This document shows positions 15,985 through 21,815 of a DNA stretch of 32,352 bases, piece by piece. The stretch's first letter is position 1. Each line of letters begins with the position of its first letter. Under the pieces are notes generated by a model that made no database searches, had not been told where the DNA came from, and saw only the letters and a list, made by a program, of their open reading frames with translations. Both the position numbers and the translations under genes were made by a program. The stretch covers positions 1 to 32,352 of the IMG/VR virus record IMGVR_UViG_3300032335_000831; one strand, 5' to 3'. This DNA is from a virus. Taxonomy: Duplodnaviria > Caudoviricetes.

Positions 15985-16193
15985 TTGCGTTTTCCTTTTT
16001 TAGGGTCTTGCCGAACCAGCGGTTCCTGCGGATCGTTGTAGTCAATGACGTACTTGTGGCCGTTGTACGTTATGCCGCCGTAGTGGCGGGCAATTGATAG
16101 CTGGCTGTCGAGCCATCCGTAAATGCGCTCTGGTGCATCATTGGGCCGCAGACTTGGCGGGTCTGTCAGACTGAAACTTGTGTAAGACATCAT
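15981..16193 (-). CDS. Hypothetical protein, first gene of the leftward early operon
   Basis: AGGAG SD at 16196-16200; SQLSIARHYGGITYNG motif. Start could be 16190. Confidence 0.7.
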   Translation of the reverse strand: MMSYTSFSLTDPPSLRPNDAPERIYGWLDSQLSIARHYGGITYNGHKYVIDYNDPQEPLVRQDPKKGKRK

Positions 16194-16195
16194 CA

Positions 16196-16311
16196 CTCCT
16201 GGTTAGACCGCAACATCGCGGCATGGGTAGACTGTACAGTCACCTAAACATTTGCACACTAGGGAAAACCCCAATGTTCACTAAACTTGACTTTGATCTA
16301 GAATGCATCCC
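16196..16311. promoter_or_regulatory. Divergent promoter region (module 2): leftward early operon / rightward cro
   Basis: TAGGGAAAACCCCAA (16260-74), TGTACAG-N4-CTAAACA (16233-50), leftward -10 TACAGT (16231-36), rightward -10 TAGAAT (16299-304). Confidence 0.7.
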
Positions 16312-16470
16312 ATGACGAAATACGAGGCGATCATTCTGGCAGGCTCCCAAGCGCGGCTGGCCCGATTGCTGGGCATCAGCAGGGGGGCTGTGCATCAGTG
16401 GCATACCATCCCCCAGAGCAGGCTGTGGCAGCTAAAGTGCATCAAACCGGAGTGGTTTGCTAACCTCTAA
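16312..16470 (+). CDS. cro: Cro-like HTH repressor (52 aa, absent from ORF track)
   Basis: MTKYEAIILAGSQARLARLLGISRGAVHQWHTIPQSRLWQLKCIKPEWFANL*: classic G.Q..LA..LGIS..AV.QW...P HTH. Confidence 0.88.
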   Translation: MTKYEAIILAGSQARLARLLGISRGAVHQWHTIPQSRLWQLKCIKPEWFANL

Positions 16471-16483
16471 GAGAGGGCTTTTT
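16464..16483 (+). terminator. Possible weak terminator after cro
   Basis: CCTCT-AAG-AGAGG followed by GCTTTTT. Confidence 0.35.
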
Positions 16484-16689
16484 AGTGAGCGGAGATCGGT
16501 GCAGGTGGGGTTCGAATCCCCGTAAAAATAAACCTGTGTTCTCCGCTCATTAAAGACACCTCCAATAGAGGACTAACAAGCCTGGGGCCAGTCGAAGCTC
16601 TGAAAGCACTTGTGCGAGTAGGGTAGTAGGTTGGCTTCAGACTTGTTGGTGGTTCCTTTGCTTCGGCAGCGGTGAACAGACTGGCCCAG
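16481..16689 (+). ncRNA. Candidate structured RNA, two domains (one with a tRNA-like T-loop)
   Basis: Stems 16481-95/16540-54, 16501-06/16532-37, GGGG-TTCGAAT-CCCC; second domain closed by 16582-93/16679-89. Confidence 0.45.
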
Positions 16690-16719
16690 TAGCAACTAAC
16701 AACTTTTTTTCGTAGGGGC

Positions 16720-16748
16720 TTTACAAGACTAAAAATTTTCGATAGACT
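16720..16748 (+). promoter_or_regulatory. Sigma70-like promoter
   Basis: TTTACA (16720-25), 17-nt spacer, TAGACT (16743-48). Confidence 0.65.
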
Positions 16749-16755
16749 TCTTCCC

Positions 16756-16859
16756 GTTGCCGTGGAAAGCGACAGTGAAGGCCGGTTACTCATGCTCTCG
16801 CCCTTGGTTTAAATCCAAAGGGTTTCCACCGAGGGCAGCAGTAACCGGCTTTTTGTTTT
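16756..16859 (+). ncRNA. Candidate leader/attenuator RNA with a loop-bulge pseudoknot and U-tract
   Basis: Hairpin loop GTGGAAA (16762-68) is complementary to unpaired TTTCCAC (16823-29) in a long stem ending TTTTTGTTTT. Confidence 0.55.
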
Positions 16860-16865
16860 CTACGC

Positions 16866-17195
16866 GACCGTACTCCGCACGAAAGTAGGGGCCGCAAGTG
16901 GGGCCGCTCGGAAGGAAACCGCGACACGGTATGCAACCGTGTGATTGGTGATGGCGTAGCTTAATTTGAAGAGCAGTGGGCCAACAGGTTTTGACGACTA
17001 CCCATCAGTGCTGGATCATTCCCAGCCGTCATCATCAATCACATGGGCTAGGGGGCAGTTCCCGAACAATCCGTGCGGCTGGTCGAATCGTCAAGCCGGG
17101 GGCGTACGGTATTCAATCCGTAGCATGACGATCCCTTCAATGGGGGGTGAACCTAACTCGTCCTTCCTCACACTTGTGGGGTAGGGGGGTCTTTT
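16866..17195 (+). ncRNA. Candidate large structured RNA or replication origin element
   Basis: Long-range stems 16875-81/17072-78 and 16941-56/17027-42; G-tract at 17178-89; no convincing ORF. Confidence 0.45.
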
Positions 17196-17246
17196 GGGTG
17201 AACCATATGAATTATGGTGTTTATGATGCAACGACAAGGAGGCGCA

Positions 17247-17603
17247 ATGTTTGAGAGTGGATTTGAAAGATTCTGGGCAGCATGGCCTAAAAGCCCCAGG
17301 AAAGGCGCAAAGGCTGCTTGTCTAGCGAAGTGGAAAAAGCACTACTACGAGACATGCGCCGATCAGATTTTGAAGCATGTTGAGTGGATGAAAACCACAG
17401 ACCAGTGGCGCAAAGACAACGGGGCATTTGTACCGGCTCCTCTGGTCTATCTGAACCAGCAACGATGGGACGGAGCAGAGATACCAGAGATCAAAAAACC
17501 CGTGACGATGGCAGAACAGTACCAGGAGCGCATTGCAGGCACTGTGGCCATGCCTGACCATATCCGTGAGCGCCTGGCACAACTGAGGAGGGGCAATGAA
17601 TGA
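17247..17603 (+). CDS. Short replication protein (resembles the C-terminal domain of phage replication initiators)
   Basis: AAGGAGG SD; FERFWAAWPK..RK..K...W and FVPAP..YLNQQRWD motifs. Confidence 0.7.
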   Translation: MFESGFERFWAAWPKSPRKGAKAACLAKWKKHYYETCADQILKHVEWMKTTDQWRKDNGAFVPAPLVYLNQQRWDGAEIPEIKKPVTMAEQYQERIAGTVAMPDHIRERLAQLRRGNE

Positions 17604-18336
17604 GCTGGCTCTTTTCGCAGGCGCTGGTGGCGGAATACTTGGGGGCAAACTGCTCGGATGGCGAACAGTCTGTGCAGTTGAGTGGGAACCCTACCCAGCT
17701 AGCGTACTGTGCGCCCGACAAAATGACGGCCTTCTCCCGCCTTTCCCGATTTGGGATGACATTCAAACCTTTGACGGAAGACCGTGGCGCGGAATTGTTG
17801 ACGTTGTATCTGGCGGGTTTCCATGCCAAGACATTAGCTCAGCAGGGCGAGGCGAAGGCCTGGACGGAGAGAGCAGCGGAATGTGGCACCACATGGCGCG
17901 GGTGGTTGGCGAGGTACGACCCAGCTACGTCTTTGTGGAGAACAGCCCAATGCTCACTACTCGAGGAGGAACAAGAGTCATTGCAGACCTTACCGCGCTG
18001 GGGTATGACTGTAGGTGGACTGTTATGGGAGCTGCCGATGTTGGAGCAAACCATCAAAGAGACAGGATCTGGATCGTTGGAAAAATGGCCGACACCTCAA
18101 TCCTCGGATTGTCGAGACAGGGGCAACATGAGCAATCCAGCAATTCAGCGCAGGGTACAGAAAGGAAAGCAGTTGAACTTATCTATGGTCGTACATCCGA
18201 CTTCTGGAAAATTGAACCCAACCTGGGTAGAGTGGCTGATGGGGTGGCCGCTCGGGTGGACAGACTTAAAGCCATTGGAAACGGACAAGTCCCATTGTGT
18301 GCAGCAACAGCATGGAATCTCTTAAATGACATATGA
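17596..18336 (+). CDS. C5-cytosine DNA methyltransferase, alpha polypeptide
   Basis: Motif I LFAGAGG, IV GGFPCQ, VI FVENS, VIII HQRDRIW, X RLKAIGNGQVP; no motif IX in this frame. Confidence 0.92.
   Translation: MNELALFAGAGGGILGGKLLGWRTVCAVEWEPYPASVLCARQNDGLLPPFPIWDDIQTFDGRPWRGIVDVVSGGFPCQDISSAGRGEGLDGESSGMWHHMARVVGEVRPSYVFVENSPMLTTRGGTRVIADLTALGYDCRWTVMGAADVGANHQRDRIWIVGKMADTSILGLSRQGQHEQSSNSAQGTERKAVELIYGRTSDFWKIEPNLGRVADGVAARVDRLKAIGNGQVPLCAATAWNLLNDI
17600..18325 (+). CDS. Overlapping +1-frame protein, probable methyltransferase beta polypeptide (motif IX-like)
   Basis: 241 codons open inside the MTase gene; WPTP and LNPTWVEWLMGWPLGWT segments; shares SD GAGGAGG. Confidence 0.7.
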   Translation: MSWLFSQALVAEYLGANCSDGEQSVQLSGNPTQLAYCAPDKMTAFSRLSRFGMTFKPLTEDRGAELLTLYLAGFHAKTLAQQGEAKAWTERAAECGTTWRGWLARYDPATSLWRTAQCSLLEEEQESLQTLPRWGMTVGGLLWELPMLEQTIKETGSGSLEKWPTPQSSDCRDRGNMSNPAIQRRVQKGKQLNLSMVVHPTSGKLNPTWVEWLMGWPLGWTDLKPLETDKSHCVQQQHGIS

Positions 18337-18544
18337 CCAAGCCCAAAAAATCCTCGACAGGGTACGAGAGGGTGTCTACTACCCCGACAGAATTGTGGAC
18401 TTCGCCCTACAGCTCACCGGCGATCTTGATGCACATGAGACGCACGGAGGCCAGGGAGTGGGTTCAGAGATACAGAGCGAAAGCCAGCGAGGACGGGGCA
18501 GCAGCAGCACAAGTGTGGTGGGCCGGTATTATTTCGGCAATTGA
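18326..18544 (+). CDS. Hypothetical protein (MTYDQAQKILDRVREG...ALQLTGDL)
   Basis: ATG directly after the stop of the +1-frame ORF; protein-like N-terminal half. Confidence 0.6.
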   Translation: MTYDQAQKILDRVREGVYYPDRIVDFALQLTGDLDAHETHGGQGVGSEIQSESQRGRGSSSTSVVGRYYFGN

Positions 18545-18611
18545 GCGAAAACGCGGGCTTGATGCTGCAACCGAGTTGCGGCGATTGATGAACGAGGAGC
18601 GAAGCAAGTGA
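18429..18611 (+). CDS. Hypothetical helical protein (EAREWVQRY...ERKRG..AA.ELR)
   Basis: ATG at 18429 or 18435; GTGA-coupled to RusA; overlaps the tail of the previous ORF. Confidence 0.6.
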   Translation: MHMRRTEAREWVQRYRAKASEDGAAAAQVWWAGIISAIERKRGLDAATELRRLMNEERSK

Positions 18612-19036
18612 CTTTTATGATTCAGTTCACGGTAGACTCGCCCCCAGTTCCCAAGGGCAGGCCCAAGTTTTCCAAAATCGGCGGCTTTGTCCGGACGTAC
18701 ACGCCGAAGAAAACCAGCGACTACGAGACGATCGTCCGAGAAACCGCACAGCAAGTCATGGGGCAAACCGAGCCCCTAGAAACGCCCATAGCGGTCTATC
18801 TGTACTTCAGGCTACCTATCCCTAAAAGCTACCCTAAAAAGCGCGTGGCGGCCTGTTTAAAGGGCTTAGAGCGGCCTACAAAAAAGCCCGACATAGACAA
18901 TTTGGCGAAAAGCGTACTCGACGGGCTAAACGGGATTGTTTACCGAGACGACGGGCAGATTGTGAGCCTACATGTCACCAAGGTCTACGCGGCATCGCCT
19001 GGGGTAGATGTGTTAGTGCGCGAGGAAGTGCCGTAG
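18608..19036 (+). CDS. rusA: RusA-family Holliday junction resolvase
   Basis: PVPKGRPKF, TYTPKKT, KKPDIDNLAKSVLDGLNG..Y.DD.QIV.L catalytic motif. Confidence 0.93.
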   Translation: MTFMIQFTVDSPPVPKGRPKFSKIGGFVRTYTPKKTSDYETIVRETAQQVMGQTEPLETPIAVYLYFRLPIPKSYPKKRVAACLKGLERPTKKPDIDNLAKSVLDGLNGIVYRDDGQIVSLHVTKVYAASPGVDVLVREEVP

Positions 19037-19042
19037 ACGGAC

Positions 19043-19067
19043 AAAAAAATGCCCGCATTGCGCGGGC
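19043..19067 (-). terminator. Rho-independent terminator of the leftward ArdC island
   Basis: Minus strand GCCCGC-GCAAT-GCGGGC-ATTTTTTT. Confidence 0.75.
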
Positions 19068-19128
19068 TAAGGAGGGGGCAACTGCTAAAGGTCGAGGAGA
19101 ATCGACAGCAGTGCCACGATTATAACGC

Positions 19129-19365
19129 CTAATCCTGCGATGAGCATGCTGCAACCTCAATGAGTTTGATGATTGTTTGATCTAAGACCGGCATGATGTC
19201 TACGTTGCCGATCTTTGCGGTTATAAGCCACGCCGCAGGAGGGCAGCCAGGGCCGCAGGTTGGTGACTCTGGGTCTGGGTTTGCATCCTCGCCAGGGTCA
19301 TATTCAAGCTCGCAATCGAGATAAATGTCTGACCCGGCATCGTAGAGATAGCTAATTGTTCTCAT
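19129..19365 (-). CDS. Hypothetical acidic protein (78 aa)
   Basis: GGAGG SD; LDCELEYDPGE motif. Confidence 0.7.
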   Translation of the reverse strand: MRTISYLYDAGSDIYLDCELEYDPGEDANPDPESPTCGPGCPPAAWLITAKIGNVDIMPVLDQTIIKLIEVAACSSQD

Positions 19366-19367
19366 GT

Positions 19368-19451
19368 TTAAGCCCTCCAGATCATCAGATCAGCAAACAA
19401 AACACCCAGGGCCAGCAGATAGACAGCCCCTAAGACGAGACGATATGACAT
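19368..19451 (-). CDS. 27-aa single-TM peptide
   Basis: MSYRLVLGAVYLLALGVLFADLMIWRA*; GGAG SD. Confidence 0.55.
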   Translation of the reverse strand: MSYRLVLGAVYLLALGVLFADLMIWRA

Positions 19452-19484
19452 GATTTACTCCAAAAAAGGCCCAAGAGCCTTGAT

Positions 19485-20261
19485 TTATTCGACAGCGGTT
19501 TGACCAGCTTTGATGATTTTTTCAGCAGCACCGAAAATGCGCTGCGCGGTTTTGTCGGTAATTGAACCACCAGCTAACCACGATTGGATGTAGCCCCGAG
19601 ACTCATTCAAGCCCGGAAGATCAAGAACCGAGCAACAGATGTAAGCCACCCCCTCTGCTTCGACTTCGGCCATGTTTTTAGGCGTGGCCTCAGAATCAGA
19701 CAACAGACCCTCCGATGTATGCCCAAGCACTACATGGGCCAATTCGTGAAACCGTGTCTTGTGCGGCAGGGCAGCAATTGGAGAGACAGCGATATTGCGC
19801 CCGACAGCGTAACCCTGACAGTTACCGTTAGGATACTCAAATTTTATCTGGGTAATATCCAAGGTTTGCAAAGCCTTTTCGGCATCCCAAACGGGCGATG
19901 GCACATCGTTGGCGTAGTCATCACCCTCTGTCTGATCGAGGACAAACCAATTGTTTTTAAGGACAAAGGCTTGCAGGAATTCCCCGGTTTTCTCGCCCGA
20001 CTCATCTTTTTTAGTAATTGTGACGGGCATACGCAAAGCAATTGCCTTAGCCCCTTTTTTAACGTTACGCCCCAAGGCTTGCCAGCGTTTGTAGGTTGCA
20101 ATCGGCCCAATTGGGATATCCCTTGCGAAACACTGTGAGTAGGCGAGCATTTGGTTTGGGATACTGTACCCATGAAAAGCCCGGTAGGCTTGCGAGATGA
20201 TGCCCGGCTGATTGACCGCATCGGACAATAGGTTAAACCAGTTAACAGATGGTGTAGACAT
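19485..20261 (-). CDS. ArdC-like protein (ssDNA-binding N-domain plus zincin-like HExxH domain)
   Basis: YS..NQ.L, ATYKRWQALGRNVKKG.KA, F.LDQTEG, HELAH and EVEAE.VAY motifs; start ATG 20261 after GGAG. Confidence 0.8.
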   Translation of the reverse strand: MSTPSVNWFNLLSDAVNQPGIISQAYRAFHGYSIPNQMLAYSQCFARDIPIGPIATYKRWQALGRNVKKGAKAIALRMPVTITKKDESGEKTGEFLQAFVLKNNWFVLDQTEGDDYANDVPSPVWDAEKALQTLDITQIKFEYPNGNCQGYAVGRNIAVSPIAALPHKTRFHELAHVVLGHTSEGLLSDSEATPKNMAEVEAEGVAYICCSVLDLPGLNESRGYIQSWLAGGSITDKTAQRIFGAAEKIIKAGQTAVE

Positions 20262-20269
20262 GCTAAAGG

Positions 20270-20386
20270 CTCCAAATAGACCCCTTGCGATATGCTGGGG
20301 CATGTGTGCTATTGTATAGCCATCTGGACGTTGCACACTAGGACAAACCCTAATAGACCACTAGTGAAAACCCTTAGAATTGCACC
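20270..20386. promoter_or_regulatory. Divergent promoter region (module 3): ArdC-like gene / terS
   Basis: TAGGACAAACCCTA (20339-52), second site TAGTGAAAACCCTTA (20362-76), TGTATAG-N4-CTGGACG (20313-30), leftward TACAAT (20311-16), rightward TAGAAT (20375-80). Confidence 0.7.
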
Positions 20387-20875
20387 ATGACGAATCTTGC
20401 GCGAAAGTGGCGGGGCCATAAATACAATCTGGGTCATGAATGCTGGCCCAGGATTTTTACTCGCATGTCAGAGGGTGAGGCCCTGACTTCGGCCATCAAA
20501 CCGGAGGCAATAACGTACTCTGTCGCGCTCCGCACTATCAGAGTCATTCCCGAACTGCGGGAGATGTACGAACAAGCCTTGGAGGACAGGGCAGATAAAC
20601 TGGCAGAAGAAATTTTAGCCCTCGCGGATGAGGACATGCCAGAGGGGCTGCGAGGCGCTGAAGCGGCGGCATGGGTCAACAAAAAACGGCTACAAGTCGA
20701 TGCCCGAAAGTGGATCGCTGCCAAGCTCAAGCCCAAACGCTACGGCGATAGACTAGAGATGGAAGTAACCGACAATCGAATCAGCATTACCGATGCGCTT
20801 AACGAAGCTAAAGCCAGAGTGCTAACCCCGATGGTCGTTGACGTTGCCAGCCGCGAGGTGAGCAAGGACGAGTGA
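20387..20875 (+). CDS. terS: Terminase small subunit (Sf6 gp1-like)
   Basis: Y..A.E..AD.LAEEIL.LAD and RLQVDARKWIAAKLKPKRYGD motifs. Confidence 0.88.
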   Translation: MTNLARKWRGHKYNLGHECWPRIFTRMSEGEALTSAIKPEAITYSVALRTIRVIPELREMYEQALEDRADKLAEEILALADEDMPEGLRGAEAAAWVNKKRLQVDARKWIAAKLKPKRYGDRLEMEVTDNRISITDALNEAKARVLTPMVVDVASREVSKDE

Positions 20876-20924
20876 CAACCCATCCCAATGCGCCCGTTAG
20901 GCGCATTAAGGTAGGCTGTCAGGC
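20873..20924. terminator. Long hairpin between convergent stop codons; degenerate third copy of the island repeat
   Basis: Minus strand TGACAGCCTACCTTAATGCGCC-TAAC-GGGCGCATTGGGATGGGTTGTCA. Confidence 0.55.
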
Positions 20925-21203
20925 AGACGCACGACGGCGGGCGCCGGCCTGTTCTTTGCGGTACTCTTTTCGGATTAAATCCGATAAGTAGCCCATTGAA
21001 GGCCGCCAAATCAAAGTGACGCCAGCATGGGCGAGTTTTTCGCAGACTTGCTGCCCTTCTTTCATAGGGTCAAAGATTTCGCGGACATAGCCGCCAGCCG
21101 CCGGGGCTGTGAATGTGCGAGCCCAACGGGCGCCGTCTTCGGCATCGGTGTATTCGATGGTGCAGGCGCTTTCACTGTGATCTGTCATTTTCATACGTTC
21201 CAT
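20919..21203 (-). CDS. Hypothetical protein (94 aa)
   Basis: GGAG SD; GGYVRE and QVCE.L...G.TL segments. Confidence 0.7.
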   Translation of the reverse strand: MERMKMTDHSESACTIEYTDAEDGARWARTFTAPAAGGYVREIFDPMKEGQQVCEKLAHAGVTLIWRPSMGYLSDLIRKEYRKEQAGARRRASA

Positions 21204-21209
21204 AATTTG

Positions 21210-21287
21210 CTCCGATTAGACCCCGAAGGGCATTAGTGCAACAGCGCACCCCATAGCCCAAATGGGCTAGAGGGTAGGTTGTTAGGC
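21210..21287 (-). repeat. Structured intergenic repeat, copy 2
   Basis: Shares the 19-bp core ATTAGTGCAACAGCGCACC and GCTAGAGGGTRGGTTGTYAGGC with 21464-21543. Confidence 0.85.
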
Positions 21288-21458
21288 TTTGCTTGTCACT
21301 CGGATAGGGACTAACACAATGTCTCTGTGCCCGCTGATGGTGAGCCGAGCGATTAACTTAACTGACCGCAATTTGGTGCGCAGTTTCGTGCCCATTGGCG
21401 ATGAGTAGCTGGTAGGAGTTTTATATTCCCTGATTTGGTAGAGTGTGCGAGTGTGCAT
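21282..21458 (-). CDS. 58-aa basic protein (absent from ORF track)
   Basis: MHTRTLYQIREYKTPTSYSSPMGTKLRTKLRSVKLIARLTISGHRDIVLVPIRVTSKA*; sits exactly between the two repeats. Confidence 0.6.
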   Translation of the reverse strand: MHTRTLYQIREYKTPTSYSSPMGTKLRTKLRSVKLIARLTISGHRDIVLVPIRVTSKA

Positions 21459-21463
21459 GATTT

Positions 21464-21543
21464 TTCCAAATAGACCCGTTAGGGATTAGTGCAACAGCGC
21501 ACCACATAGCACCCAATGGATGCTAGAGGGTGGGTTGTCAGGC
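21464..21543 (-). repeat. Structured intergenic repeat, copy 1
   Basis: As for copy 2; hairpin sequences differ but pairing is kept. Confidence 0.85.
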
Positions 21544-21810
21544 TGCTACCTTAGCGCGACGGGCGCGAACCGTAGCGTAAGCCCAATTGGTAGCGTCAGC
21601 CTGATTGGCAAAATATTTGCTGCGCTGCTGGACCCCAAATTCCTGCCAATCGCCGTACAGGCACACGCGCCGGGCGCTTTGCACCCATGCTGCATATGTC
21701 GCGCCGTTATTGTTAAGACCAACAATCCAGCCTATTTCGCGGCCCTTGCTGTCCTTGCGGCCCGTGCCCACGAAGTGCTCGGACATGTCGTTGAAAGGTG
21801 CATCTGCCAT
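21538..21810 (-). CDS. Hypothetical protein (90 aa)
   Basis: AGGAGG SD before ATG 21810; DSKGREIG motif. Confidence 0.7.
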   Translation of the reverse strand: MADAPFNDMSEHFVGTGRKDSKGREIGWIVGLNNNGATYAAWVQSARRVCLYGDWQEFGVQQRSKYFANQADATNWAYATVRARRAKVAA

Positions 21811-21815
21811 CTTAA

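Noticed and set aside
16501-16525. tRNA gene suggested by GGTTCGAATCC
   Set aside because: Only a T-arm-like hairpin; no D-arm, anticodon arm, acceptor stem or CCA could be built around it.
16482-17184. ORFs 16482-16793 (-) and 16966-17184 (+)
   Set aside because: No clear SD or motifs; the region is better explained by promoter and base-paired elements, though small peptides cannot be excluded.
17596-18336. Complete restriction-modification system
   Set aside because: No cognate endonuclease gene nearby; RusA and YqaJ have other well-established roles, so this is an orphan methyltransferase.
20873-21543. Integron attC sites (GCCTAAC matches the RYYYAAC inverse core)
   Set aside because: Only one of three copies has AAC, no matching GTTRRRY end was found, and there is no integron integrase in the window.
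21210-21543. CRISPR mini-array
   Set aside because: Only two long imperfect repeats separated by a complete ORF; no cas genes.
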